64,000 nucleotides of DNA from Promethearchaeota archaeon (GCA_048938855.1 JBHLLT010000001.1:224124-288123); one strand, 5' to 3'. Shown: positions 29,368 through 40,071, numbered from the stretch's first letter. Numbers and translations: made by a program. The notes: generated by a model from the letters alone, not told the origin.

Positions 29368-30396
29368 TTATATTTGTGTAATTTCAATGTTTTGAACATT
29401 CTCAGAAATTCTAACTAAACCCGGTTTAACTTTATCAATGGTTCCTACGATCCAATTAGAAATTTTGTTGCTTGTAAGAGCGTTTGTGAAATCTTCTACT
29501 ATTAAAGGATCAACAGCGATGAGCATACCTCCCGCAGTTTCATGGCATAAGCATTCATCAAAAGCATAGCCTAACTCATGGGATAATTCTCCAGAGTGTT
29601 TTATGGAAGGAACTTTTTCGATCACTGCCGAAAGATCAGAATTTTGCAGCATTTCAGCAGTATGACCTGCTAAACCAAATCCCGTTATATCACTTAGTGC
29701 ATGAATGAATGAAAAATCTTCATAGCTATGTATTGTTTTAACTACCTCCTGATTAGGAGTAGTCATAATTTTTACCGCTAAGTCGATGGATTTTTGAAGT
29801 TCGTCAGTTGTATAATTTTCCAGCATTTCTGGGAAATCTTTAAGAATTCTATATGATGCCATAATTGCTTGCAATCCTATTGGTTTAGTTAAAACCAATT
29901 TATCTCCTTTCTTTACACCTTGTTTTTGAATAATTGCATCTTTATGTACATATCCAGAAGCTTCACCCCCAATTAATGGCCATTCACTATATATAGTGTG
30001 TCCACCAACCACTTTGGAGTTTATTTTTTTCTCTAAGAAGTTTTTTATTCCCCGTAGAATTCCTTCAGCAACTTCCATGGGAGTCCTAGTACTTATTGCT
30101 AGAAATACAAGCATTCCAGATATCTCAGGTACGTTCATAGCAAAAATATCATTAGTAACATTACAAGCTGCTATTTCACCGGCAATTTCAGGTTCATCAA
30201 TAATAGGTGTGAATACGTCGATACTTTTGACAAGAACTAATTCGCTGTTGGGAATGGGAATAATTGCAGCATCTTCAATATCTCCCGCTAATCCCGTTTT
30301 AGTTAATAAATCATTTAAATCGTTCTGTCCGAGTTTACAGCTTCAACCGTGTATCTTTACATCTTTGGTTAATCGATATGGTATTTCTTTGTCCAT
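29368..30396 (-). CDS. selD: Selenophosphate synthetase, selenoprotein (Sec18, UGA at 30343-30345), 342 aa
   Basis: MDKEIPYRLTKDVKIHG-U-SCKLG; DVFTPI, NDIFAM, GGHT, LTKPIG, DITGFGLAGH, ETAGGML; GAGGTG RBS. Confidence 0.95.
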
Positions 30397-30546
30397 ACAC
30401 CTCAACTTTTAATGACTTCTATTAACTTTTGATTTATAGTCTGTTAATTAATCAAATTCAATTTTTCTATAAAAATTTTCGATATTATTTATCTAAATTA
30501 TCGATAAATAATAACAATTAAAAAAATAAAAATAACAATTTTCAGC

Positions 30547-30618
30547 CGATGCTGTTGTGCAACAGGGTTCTCAATAAGCTGTCACTAAAGTGCGTTTTTG
30601 CTTATTTCATAGACATCG
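30547..30618 (-). promoter_or_regulatory. Eukaryote-type SECIS element of selD-2 (3' UTR)
   Basis: CGAUG UCU AUGA AAUAAGC AAAAACG CAC UUUA GUG ACA GCUUAUU GA GAACC CUGUU GCAC AACAG CAUCG. Confidence 0.9.
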
Positions 30619-31653
30619 TTAAATTTTTTCAATTTCAATATGTTCAACATTATTAGAAACACGAACATATTTCGGTTTACTTATATCATCGATTTTACCG
30701 ATTATCCAATTGTTTATATTATATTTATCGTGAAGTCGATTTGAAAATTCATCAGCATATCTGTGATCAACAGAAAGAAGCATTCCCCCTGCAGTCTCTG
30801 GCATTGTGCATTCATCATATTTATATCCAAATTCATAAGCTAAATCCCGTGTAAGTCTGATGCTAGGAATCTTTTCAATTATTGCCGAAAGATGGGAATT
30901 CTGAAGCATTTCTTTTAAGTGTCCTGCGAGTCCAAAACCACTAACATCGGTCATTGAATGGATAAAGGATACGTCTTCATAACTATGTATTGTTTTTACG
31001 ACATTCTGGAGGGGCATTGTCATTAGATCTACTGCAATATCAATAGATTTATCAATTTCAGATTCACTAAAGCTCTCTAGAAGATCGGGATTATTCTTCT
31101 GGAGTCGATAAGCCGCCATAATAGCTTGATTTCCCAATGGTTTAGTAAGTATTAATTTGTCGCCCTCTTTCAAATAGTCTTTTTTAATTATCTTATCTTT
31201 TTCAACAAACCCAGAGGCTTCACCTCCAATTAACGGCCATTCCGAGTAGATGGTATGACCTCCAAGGATTCTGGAATTTATTTTTTTTTCCATGAAGTGT
31301 TTAATTCCGTTTAGTATTCCTTCAGCCACATACATGGGCATATTTTTCTTTAGTCCGAGAAAAACAAGCATTCCAGATATCTCTAGTACATTTAGCGCAA
31401 AGACATCATTGGTAACATTAGCAGCTGCGATCTCCCCCATAATTTCAGGTTCATCAATTATCGGTGTGAAAATATCTATGTTTTTAGCCATAACTAGATT
31501 ACTGTTTGGAACAGGAATAAGAGCAGAATCTTCAATATCGCTTTTTAGTCCTACATTGGTCAAAAGTTTCTCAAGTTTATTAGCAGATAGTTTACAATTT
31601 CACCCAAATAACTTAGTCTGTAGAGTTAATCGATAACTCTCAAGTTCTTGCAT
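30619..31653 (-). CDS. selD: Selenophosphate synthetase, selenoprotein (Sec18, UGA at 31600-31602), 344 aa
   Basis: MQELESYRLTLQTKLFG-U-NCKLS; DIFTPI, NDVFAL, GGHT, LTKPLG, DVSGFGLAGHL; GAGGTGA RBS. Confidence 0.95.
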
Positions 31654-31852
31654 TTTTCACCTCAAATTATCATTTTAATATGTTTATATTAGTAGTGTAA
31701 AATAGAAACGAAGTATATATTAATTTTTTCCATATATTTTATTTAAAATCGTAATAAATGGTTTGGTTTTATAAACATTTTTGAGAATTCATTTACAATT
31801 TGAATCTCAAGTTGACTTATAAAATTTAAAATTTAACAAAAGTTAGAGAGAT

Positions 31853-34800
31853 TTACCGAATAAACAAATCTATGTGCTTTGTCGTTTTCCGTGCTATATC
31901 AAATTGGTCTTTATAATTTAAATCAAGTTTAATTTCATCTGCTGATGGATCAAACAGATTTTTCTTTAATTCCTTTTGTTTATCAACTTTTAGTACATAA
32001 TTGAATTTAAAAACCTTACCAGGTTTTAAATCGTTAATTTGAAGGTATTTTGGAAAGCTCTCTTTTCTCTGAAAATTGAGATAAGATGGAGTTTTTAAAG
32101 ATATTTGTAAATCCTTAAAATCATAATTCGAAGGATTAGTTAATTTGAAGTTTAAATAAATTTCATTACCAATAGTTTTGATATTTTTAAAGAAAAGAAG
32201 ATCTCTTGAATCAGGTATTTCAGATTCAATTTTCTGGAAATATAATTTTTCATTTATTATTTTAGCATCTAATTTATTTTTACTAATGAATTTAAGAACT
32301 ATCTCTTTCAACCTTTCGATATCTATTTTAATGTAATTAGAGAGTAGATCAAGTCTGATAGGGTTAATCATTTTAAGATAATACTTTATCTGGTTAAGAT
32401 ACACCTTATTATTAGATCTTCTCACAAAATTTTTTGACTTATTTATCAATAATTCTTTCGAGGCATTAATTTTATTGAGATAAGGTCTTACATACAAGTT
32501 AAAAACATTATTGTCTTCAAAGATATTTTCTCTTCCTAAAACTGCTTCAATTTGTTTTTCGGTATCTTCAATATAATTCTGAATTTGGGTTGTATTCATT
32601 TCTATTAATCGCTTTGCATCTGTGAATTCATTTTTTTTTATTAGAATTTCAAGTTTATTAGTAAGTTTATCGAAATCCTCATTGAATGCTTTCATACCTT
32701 CAATCCTTTCTGTAATAATTGATTGTATATGACCTTGAAGTAGTTGGAAATTTAATTCATCATTAATTCCATTTATTTCTGTACTTCTTTCATTTTCAGT
32801 TTTCACTCCTGGTTGAGTTAAGAAATTGATAAGCTTATCTTTCATTGATTTTATTTTAAGATCAAGATCATTTAGATATTCTTGGATATCAATTTTTGTT
32901 GCAACCCATTTTTGTAGAAGACTCTTGAAAATTTCATTAAATTCAACATTATGTATTAGTAATTCTCTAATGTCTCCATCAAGTTTAAAAAGTTTATTTC
33001 TAATTTGCGTAATTAAACCAAGTTTATCGTCTTGGCTATGGATACTTTGACCATTGTAAATTTCTTCATTGAATTCGATTTCAAATTTCTTTTCTTTTAT
33101 ATAATCAAATTCTGCTTTCAAAACATCAATTCGATTAAGAAAAATTTTTATCTTTTCTTTCAGATCATTCTCAAATTCAGATTTTTTCTCTTCACATATA
33201 TCTGATATGAATCCTTTAATAATGCTTAATTCCTCAATAATTTGGACCCTCGTTTCTTCCCATTCTTCAATTAATTCGAAAGCTAACCTTCTATAATCAA
33301 ACTTTTTTATTAGACTATCAAACTTCTTAATTTTTTTGAGAATTTTACGGTATTTTCGGTTTACTTGAATTTCTGTATCGTTAAACTTGAAGTTTTGAAT
33401 ATAAGAATTTAATTTTTCTCTAAATTGAGCTGGGATTTTTTGGAATTCAGCAATTTGTTTTTCAAATATGGATAATTCATTATTAATTCTATCAATTGTT
33501 TCATCGATATTAGGGAATTTTGACTTAATATTTTTTAAAGTGTAAATTATTTCATCTTTAACTTCTGGATCCTTTTCAATGCTTAAAGCATTATTCAATT
33601 CTATAGTTATCCACACTGCTATCTTTTTACTCTCTAAAATAAAGCATAAATTTTGAAGTAAGATTATTGTTTTCTTTCTTTCTCGCCAAAATCGTGATTC
33701 CAACTGATATATAATTTTGGTAATCTCATTTTCTATTTCGATTTGATATTCTTCAAATAACCGTTTAAATACTAATACAATACCTTCTCGAATATTTTCA
33801 GATGGATTTTCTAATTCCTCAAATAAATAAGGAAAAATTTCATTGACATTATCTCGGCATAAATGAAAAATTGCATTTATCAAAGAATTACGATAATTAG
33901 AATCACTAGCATCTAAAAGGGAATGTAATAAATTTGCCCAAATTTGATCAAAATTATTTTCAGCAATATTCACAAGGGCTTCAATAATTTTAGATTGAAT
34001 TCTATAATCTTGTTCCTTTAAGATGGTTATTAATTTAGGAATTATTGATATTATCTCTGATGATTTTTCTTTACCTATCTCTCCAAAAAGCCAAATTATG
34101 AGCTCTTTTACCCTATTCTCCTCATTGTAGAGAAGGTTTAATAAAATATAAAATAGTTTCTCTTTTGTTAAGAAGTAAGTCCCATGAATTTTCAAAAGTT
34201 CTGCTGCTGCTCTAGCAACATCATCGTCTTCATCTCGTAGATTAATTATGACCATTGATAATAGAGGTTCTAAATTTCGAATTTTTGTATAATCCTGATT
34301 TAATACTTTTTGTATTGTTTTGATTACATTTAATTTTACTTTCCAGTCATTATCCAGAAGTTTTTCTGTATATTCTTCAATGATTTCCTGTAATTCCTGT
34401 TTTTCGATATATAAAGATAAAATTAGATTTCCAATAATTTTTACAGTTAATCTCCTTACAGAAGAATCTTGATCATATAAGCGTTTTCTGATTTTTTCAA
34501 GTAGCTCAATCAAAAGATTGGGTCTAAATAAACTTATTTGATATGAAATTTCTAATGAAACTAATCTAATCCAGGAATCAACATCATTAATAAACTGATT
34601 TATAGTTTTAATCGTTCTCATTGAAATTGAAGGTGATTTGTCACAAATTAAATTTAATAAGCTAAGAGCACGATAAATCAATTCCTTATCAGATTGATTT
34701 TCGTAATTTTCTATAATTCCAAATAACTCTTCAGCTGCTTTTTCATTATATCCATTAACAATTAGACTTTCTATTCTTTCAGTATCTAAAGATTCTTCAG

Positions 34801-34879
34801 AGTCTAAGGGTTCTTGAGTTGTCAATGCGGTAGATAAAAATTTTATTTTAAAATTTACTTCAAATATCTCTTCTATCAA
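31853..34879 (-). CDS. HEAT-repeat / coiled-coil / PCI-like winged helix / Ig-like domain protein
   Basis: HEAT motifs (LYDQDSSVRR, LLDNDWKVK, LRDEDDDVAR); PIRLDLLSNYIKIDIERLKEIVLKFISKNKLDAKI; C-terminal beta-sandwich pattern. Confidence 0.8.
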   Translation of the reverse strand: MIEEIFEVNFKIKFLSTALTTQEPLDSEESLDTERIESLIVNGYNEKAAEELFGIIENYENQSDKELIYRALSLLNLICDKSPSISMRTIKTINQFINDVDSWIRLVSLEISYQISLFRPNLLIELLEKIRKRLYDQDSSVRRLTVKIIGNLILSLYIEKQELQEIIEEYTEKLLDNDWKVKLNVIKTIQKVLNQDYTKIRNLEPLLSMVIINLRDEDDDVARAAAELLKIHGTYFLTKEKLFYILLNLLYNEENRVKELIIWLFGEIGKEKSSEIISIIPKLITILKEQDYRIQSKIIEALVNIAENNFDQIWANLLHSLLDASDSNYRNSLINAIFHLCRDNVNEIFPYLFEELENPSENIREGIVLVFKRLFEEYQIEIENEITKIIYQLESRFWRERKKTIILLQNLCFILESKKIAVWITIELNNALSIEKDPEVKDEIIYTLKNIKSKFPNIDETIDRINNELSIFEKQIAEFQKIPAQFREKLNSYIQNFKFNDTEIQVNRKYRKILKKIKKFDSLIKKFDYRRLAFELIEEWEETRVQIIEELSIIKGFISDICEEKKSEFENDLKEKIKIFLNRIDVLKAEFDYIKEKKFEIEFNEEIYNGQSIHSQDDKLGLITQIRNKLFKLDGDIRELLIHNVEFNEIFKSLLQKWVATKIDIQEYLNDLDLKIKSMKDKLINFLTQPGVKTENERSTEINGINDELNFQLLQGHIQSIITERIEGMKAFNEDFDKLTNKLEILIKKNEFTDAKRLIEMNTTQIQNYIEDTEKQIEAVLGRENIFEDNNVFNLYVRPYLNKINASKELLINKSKNFVRRSNNKVYLNQIKYYLKMINPIRLDLLSNYIKIDIERLKEIVLKFISKNKLDAKIINEKLYFQKIESEIPDSRDLLFFKNIKTIGNEIYLNFKLTNPSNYDFKDLQISLKTPSYLNFQRKESFPKYLQINDLKPGKVFKFNYVLKVDKQKELKKNLFDPSADEIKLDLNYKDQFDIARKTTKHIDLFIR

Positions 34880-35035
34880 AGTAGTATAAATATGTATATT
34901 TATATTAGATACTTCAATAGAACTATATACTCCTACCGTAGTTCAATGGATAAATCTATAAATTAATTTTTTGACTAAATCTCACAATTAACACAATTTC
35001 ATTATTAATATCAAAGTTGAGTAAATTTTCTAAAC

Positions 35036-36004
35036 GTGAGAAATATGCTTGAAAACCTATTTACAGAATTTTGTGATAATGTTTATAAAATCTCTGAAGT
35101 TTATCGTTTCGAAGGAAGATTTAATGAGGCAATGTTATTCTTCGAATCTATAAAGCCAATATTAGACTTTGATAATTTAAGAAATGAGGATAAAGCTCGA
35201 ATTCTAATACAATTTGCTAAAATTAGAATGGATCATAAGTTTCTAAAGGATTTTGATTATAGTGAGGAAATGAAGATGCTTCAAGATGCTCAGAAATTAG
35301 CTGAGTCATCAAATGCAAAAAGTGTCCAGGCAGATGCTCTTGATCTTTATGGAAATTGTATTTATCGTACAAGAATTCTAGAAGGAGATTTTGAGGAAGC
35401 ATTGAAATATTACGATGAAGCTCTATCTATACGGACTCAGATACAGGATAAATTGGGAATTACTTGGTCTTATTTTCATTTAGGTATTTATCATGAAAAC
35501 AAAAAAGATCCCGATGAAAAAGATCATCAAACTTCATTTGAATATTTTGAAAAAGGTTTAAAAATTGCATTGGAGGAAGATTTTAAACTTGAACAATCAT
35601 ATCTTTATCGACATCTAGCAGGTCACTATGCATATAACAGGGATGACCTAAATAAAGGTCTCGAATATTTTAAAAAATCAGCAGAACTAAGAGAAGAAAT
35701 CGGCTTTATTTTTTCATTACAATTTGCTTATTTTGCTATAGGTTTTATTTATTTCATGAAAAAAGATTTAGTAAATGCTTTAGAGTATTTTAAGCAAACT
35801 TTTGTTGCCGCTGAAAAGGTGGAACGCATAAAACCCTTAATGGTTCTCATACATAGACGTGGTAATGAAATTGTAGAAGAGATAGGCGTAGATGCAGCTA
35901 TTAATTACTATAGACTTATGATTAATGCTGCTAAACCAATTACCCAAGTAGACGGAATTGAAGAACTTGAAATTAAAATAAAAAGATTATCAAAAAAAGA
36001 ATAA
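35036..36004 (+). CDS. TPR-repeat protein
   Basis: GDFEEALKYYDEALSIR and SYFHLGIYH-type repeats. Confidence 0.85.
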   Translation: MRNMLENLFTEFCDNVYKISEVYRFEGRFNEAMLFFESIKPILDFDNLRNEDKARILIQFAKIRMDHKFLKDFDYSEEMKMLQDAQKLAESSNAKSVQADALDLYGNCIYRTRILEGDFEEALKYYDEALSIRTQIQDKLGITWSYFHLGIYHENKKDPDEKDHQTSFEYFEKGLKIALEEDFKLEQSYLYRHLAGHYAYNRDDLNKGLEYFKKSAELREEIGFIFSLQFAYFAIGFIYFMKKDLVNALEYFKQTFVAAEKVERIKPLMVLIHRRGNEIVEEIGVDAAINYYRLMINAAKPITQVDGIEELEIKIKRLSKKE

Positions 36005-36026
36005 GAAATTAAAAATTGTTTATTAT

Positions 36027-36575
36027 TTATTCAAATAGCTCAATAATAGCTTCCCCAGGGGTTGCTATTCTTTCTCTGTACGTGAGAATTCCTTCTGGAA
36101 CTTCTTTAGTCTTTACTAAACCACGTTTAATATCTTGCTCAGAGATGTACCCTCTTTCACCAGCCTCAAATTGCTTCACAATATTACCATCCTTATCTTT
36201 TATATCAACATTAGTTATGGTTGTTTGTACTACATCAAAATAAACTCTATTGCCTTCTATTTTATTAACTTTTGCTTCAGTAAGTAGAAGGTCTCCGCAT
36301 CTTACCATTCCACGCATCTGGACACCAATATCGATAAGGTTTCCATATTTTCCATGTTCGAGAAAATCTTCAAACAGTTTTGAGATAAAACCAAAACTAA
36401 GTAATCCATGCCCAATAACACCTTTAAGTCCTGCTCTTTCAGCTACGATATCATTAGTATGAATAGGGTTAGTATCTCCCGAAGCTTTGGCGTATTGTTT
36501 TAATAAATCTCTTGTGATTCCATCAAATTCAGTTTTCAAAACTTGTCCAACTTTTAAATCTGAAATTTTGACCAT
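36027..36575 (-). CDS. MaoC-like (R)-hydratase, catalytic subunit
   Basis: YAKASGDTNPIH...GVIGHGLL; start reassigned to ATG 36575 after GGAGGT. Confidence 0.88.
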   Translation of the reverse strand: MVKISDLKVGQVLKTEFDGITRDLLKQYAKASGDTNPIHTNDIVAERAGLKGVIGHGLLSFGFISKLFEDFLEHGKYGNLIDIGVQMRGMVRCGDLLLTEAKVNKIEGNRVYFDVVQTTITNVDIKDKDGNIVKQFEAGERGYISEQDIKRGLVKTKEVPEGILTYRERIATPGEAIIELFE

Positions 36576-36576
36576 T

Positions 36577-37077
36577 TTAATAACCTCCTTTACGAAAACC
36601 AGCGGAAATTGTGATATTACAAACTGGTTCGTTATTTTGATTTTTAACATTTACTAAAAAGTCAGTAATGAACAGCATGTTTTTTTCTATTAATCTAGCA
36701 TCAATACATTTTCCCGTTACTGTTAATTTATCTCCTGGTTTTACATCAACACACCCTTCCCAATTATATCGATTTCCTGCATGTATTAATTTTCCTAAAT
36801 CAATTGCAAGCCCTCGTTCTTTTCCATCTTGATTTAATTTAAACCCTAAAAGTAGCTTATAGATAGCTTTTATTGTATAGAAATTGGCAAATGCATGACA
36901 AGCAACGACACCCTCTTCCTCTGAGCCTATATATTTTGGGTCGGTTATACCGTAAACTTTAGCAAAATTAACCATGTTTTTATATCTAATATTTACAGTC
37001 GTAGAGCCAGGAATATCCATCCCTTTTATATTATCAATTAAAAATTGAGCATTTTTTTTCATTTTTTCAATATCCAT
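36577..37077 (-). CDS. MaoC/FAS1-like hot-dog dehydratase partner subunit
   Basis: FAKVYGITDPKY, LIHAGNRYNW, VKPGDKL and VKNQNNEPV motifs. Confidence 0.75.
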   Translation of the reverse strand: MDIEKMKKNAQFLIDNIKGMDIPGSTTVNIRYKNMVNFAKVYGITDPKYIGSEEEGVVACHAFANFYTIKAIYKLLLGFKLNQDGKERGLAIDLGKLIHAGNRYNWEGCVDVKPGDKLTVTGKCIDARLIEKNMLFITDFLVNVKNQNNEPVCNITISAGFRKGGY

Positions 37078-37217
37078 GTTGATTTCACTCTTGATTTTAT
37101 TGACTTTAATTATGATATTAATTATAATTTAAGTTCAATTTAATTAAAACTTTAATTTTAGTCGTAAAATTTAACAAAAATATCATTAAGGAGTAGTTAA
37201 TTTGCTTGAATTATCTA

Positions 37218-37940
37218 CTATATAATTTTAGTGTAAATTTTATCTTCTGGTTTAGTTGATTTAAAGTAATTTGAGATTCTTAAGGTGTTTTTAGTTCCGT
37301 TTAAAATAATACAAGATATCTTATTTTTATCTATTAGAGTTGTGGTATAAAGATCAATTGGAGTGGTTTTTTCTTTTAATAACTCACTTTCAGATATTGG
37401 CTCAGTACTTTTCTGTAATTTTACAATATCTTTTAATTTTGAAATAGGAATCTCTTGTATAACCTTATTTTCGTTATTTAAAATCCCATCGACATCCTTA
37501 ATTAAGAAACATTCATTTAATTCAAGTTCTTTTGCGATAAATAATGATATAGAATCAGAGCTAACATTCCAACTGTGGGGTAACTTATCATTTTCTTTTA
37601 AAAATTCATATGGCAAAAATATACAAAATATTTTTTTTATTTCTTTTAATTCTTTAAAATCTTCAATAACTGACAAGTTGGGAAATTTTTTATTTAACTC
37701 TAATCCATTATAATTCATAGAAATAATCCCCATCCAATGAGCAATTTCTTCAGTAAACTTCAATTCACTATATATTTTGCGAATGAAGTTTGCAAATGAG
37801 CCACCCCCAGGAATTAAGATTATTTTATCAAATACATTATCATCATACAATTGATTCAATTGAGAAATTGTAGAGTTTAAATCTTCAAAATTGTCTAAGA
37901 TTTTCCCTCCAACTTTAAAAACAGCTATTTTTTTATTCAT
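37218..37940 (-). CDS. mfnE: Amino-acid-kinase family protein, MfnE-like (methanofuran biosynthesis)
   Basis: KVGG, IPGGGSFANFIR, AHWMGI, LPHSWNVSSDSI and KDVDG; adjacent to mfnF. Confidence 0.75.
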   Translation of the reverse strand: MNKKIAVFKVGGKILDNFEDLNSTISQLNQLYDDNVFDKIILIPGGGSFANFIRKIYSELKFTEEIAHWMGIISMNYNGLELNKKFPNLSVIEDFKELKEIKKIFCIFLPYEFLKENDKLPHSWNVSSDSISLFIAKELELNECFLIKDVDGILNNENKVIQEIPISKLKDIVKLQKSTEPISESELLKEKTTPIDLYTTTLIDKNKISCIILNGTKNTLRISNYFKSTKPEDKIYTKII

Positions 37941-39031
37941 TTTCCTATATTTAAATTATTTAATTCATTATATAATGCCCCTGCAACAGCAAAAGCAGAT
38001 GAGCTAATCTTGTCTGGTATATTAGTTAATTCTTCAAATTTAATAATATTAGTATATCCTAAATCTATTAATGGTTTTTTTACTAGAAAATCAGCTGATA
38101 AGCCAGTTACTACAAATTGGGGGTTATCAACAAATACCTTAAATCTTATTGTTAAATCATCCATAAATGCTCTAATTTCTTGTATAACTATACTCACTTG
38201 TTTCAGGTAAATGAATTTGGCGATAGTGTCTAAATCTTCTTTTAAAACAGTTTCAACATCAGTGCAAATTATTCTTGAAAGTCGAGCATAACAGTTTTCT
38301 ATGGATTTAGAACGTTTATCAGCAGTATCATTAATATATTCTGCCTTTGTAATATTGTTCAAGATCCTATGCACATCAGAAATTAATGCAAATTTTTCAA
38401 ACGAAATACGTACTTTCTTTCCTTTATACGGAACATGATGAGTAATAGAAGGAATCGTTGCTCTCAAGCCACCAGTATAAATTAGTTCATGATTAATTAA
38501 ACGAGAAATATCATCCTTTCCTTGTGGTACTGGAACTGAGTTTAAAATAGGAATAATATCTATTGTAGTTGATCCAGCATCAATTAAAATGCAATTTGAT
38601 ATAAATACTCCCAAAAACAAGGCAGTTGAAGCCCAGTTAGCTCCAGCAATTAATTGGTAATTAGATTTAGCCTTTTCGTAATTAAAGAATTGACAAGTAT
38701 TTGTAATGAATCTTAATTTCTTTTTATTAAGAATCTTTTGGATTGCTTCTAAAATTAATAATATGCCCTCTCTTTTAGTTTCGAATGCATCAGAAAGTTC
38801 TGCTGTAATGGTAACAGCGACATTATCAACCATTTCAAGGTTAAAATTAGTTGATTCGAACAACTTATCAATAACTCTTAACAGCATCACTGGGATATCT
38901 TTTATAGTCTTTTCCCAGAAAGGAAAATGTTCAATATAAGAATAAGATTCTTCAATTTTGTCCTCTTTATAATACAATAGAGCCGCTTTTGTATTTGCCC
39001 CTCCTATATCTAAGCCCAATATGATTGTCAT
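37937..39031 (-). CDS. mfnF: Hydantoinase/oxoprolinase-fold MfnF-like synthase
   Basis: GLDIGGANTK, TAELSDAF..KREG, ANWAS, DAGSTTIDIIPI and ELIYTG motifs. Confidence 0.8.
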   Translation of the reverse strand: MTIILGLDIGGANTKAALLYYKEDKIEESYSYIEHFPFWEKTIKDIPVMLLRVIDKLFESTNFNLEMVDNVAVTITAELSDAFETKREGILLILEAIQKILNKKKLRFITNTCQFFNYEKAKSNYQLIAGANWASTALFLGVFISNCILIDAGSTTIDIIPILNSVPVPQGKDDISRLINHELIYTGGLRATIPSITHHVPYKGKKVRISFEKFALISDVHRILNNITKAEYINDTADKRSKSIENCYARLSRIICTDVETVLKEDLDTIAKFIYLKQVSIVIQEIRAFMDDLTIRFKVFVDNPQFVVTGLSADFLVKKPLIDLGYTNIIKFEELTNIPDKISSSAFAVAGALYNELNNLNIGK

Positions 39032-40071
39032 TCATTACCTCTGAATTTTTCTTTTAGTACCCTTATTATCGTATCAAGATTCTCTCCTGTAAGAGCGTTA
39101 GTTAAGTAGACATCTTTTTGATCAAGGTTTAGTTGATTTATTAAATTCTGGATTTCTGAATCTTTTGCTAAATCCATTTTATTAAATATAACTATAATTT
39201 CTATCTGCCGTTCTTTTGAAAAATTAAGTCTGATTTCGTTGTATAAATCAATTTGAGATTCAATATCATAACCACAAGCAGGGGTTGGGTCAAAAATAAA
39301 TAGAATTAAATCAGAAATTAATCTCAAAGCCAAAATTGCCTGCAATTCAATCTGATTTCTTTTCACCATTGGACGATCCAAAATCCCAGGAGTATCTAAA
39401 CATTGAATTTTGATTTTATCAAATCTTCTCTCGATTTCTAAATGCCCCATAATTAATTTTTTCGTAGTAAAGGGATATTCTTTAACTTCTATTTTTTTAT
39501 TTGTAGAAATGTTTTTCACTATACTGCTTTTACCTACATTTGGATATCCCGCAACCACAACGCAAGGCATGGTATAATCAATAGAGGGTATTTCTCTCAA
39601 ACGACCTCTTATTTTATTTAAATATTCAAGGTTTTCATTTTGCTTGTTTATGATTGACGAGATCCTTCCAAAAGCTGCTCTTCTTAGTTGATCACCCTCT
39701 TTTGGTGCTTCAATTCTATCCAATTTTTTAATATACTCATGCTCTATCTTTCTAAGAACTGGTAAAATTCCATTAATTTTTCCGAGAGTAAGTTTTAACT
39801 CATCAATATCAACCAATATAGATGCTAGCTCTCTGTAAAAATCAGGGAGATCATCAATAATTGGGACCATTCGTATTACTGTTTGAATTCTCTCTATAAG
39901 TTCTTCAATAGCAACTTTAATCCTTTTAGATTCTTTCTTTTTTGCCTTAATTAATATTGGCGCATTTTGAGATACTTGAGCTGAACTCTTCATACCTCTT
40001 TTGAAAGCTATATCTAAAAATTCTTTTGAATTTGGAACATGATAGAATTCATTAAAAGGATTTTTCATCAA
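39028..40071 (-). CDS. nog1: NOG1-family GTPase
   Basis: AGYPNVGKSS, YPFTTK, DTPGILDRP and NKMD motifs. Confidence 0.9.
   Translation of the reverse strand: MMKNPFNEFYHVPNSKEFLDIAFKRGMKSSAQVSQNAPILIKAKKKESKRIKVAIEELIERIQTVIRMVPIIDDLPDFYRELASILVDIDELKLTLGKINGILPVLRKIEHEYIKKLDRIEAPKEGDQLRRAAFGRISSIINKQNENLEYLNKIRGRLREIPSIDYTMPCVVVAGYPNVGKSSIVKNISTNKKIEVKEYPFTTKKLIMGHLEIERRFDKIKIQCLDTPGILDRPMVKRNQIELQAILALRLISDLILFIFDPTPACGYDIESQIDLYNEIRLNFSKERQIEIIVIFNKMDLAKDSEIQNLINQLNLDQKDVYLTNALTGENLDTIIRVLKEKFRGNE

Noticed and set aside
30320-30345. Bacterial-type SECIS or SRE hairpin right after the UGA
   Set aside because: Only a 4-bp CUGU/ACAG stem in selD-1, not conserved in selD-2
29996-30412. 138-aa plus-strand ORF, and similarly 31292-31636
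   Set aside because: Antisense shadows of the selD genes; their mutual similarity just reflects the selD duplication
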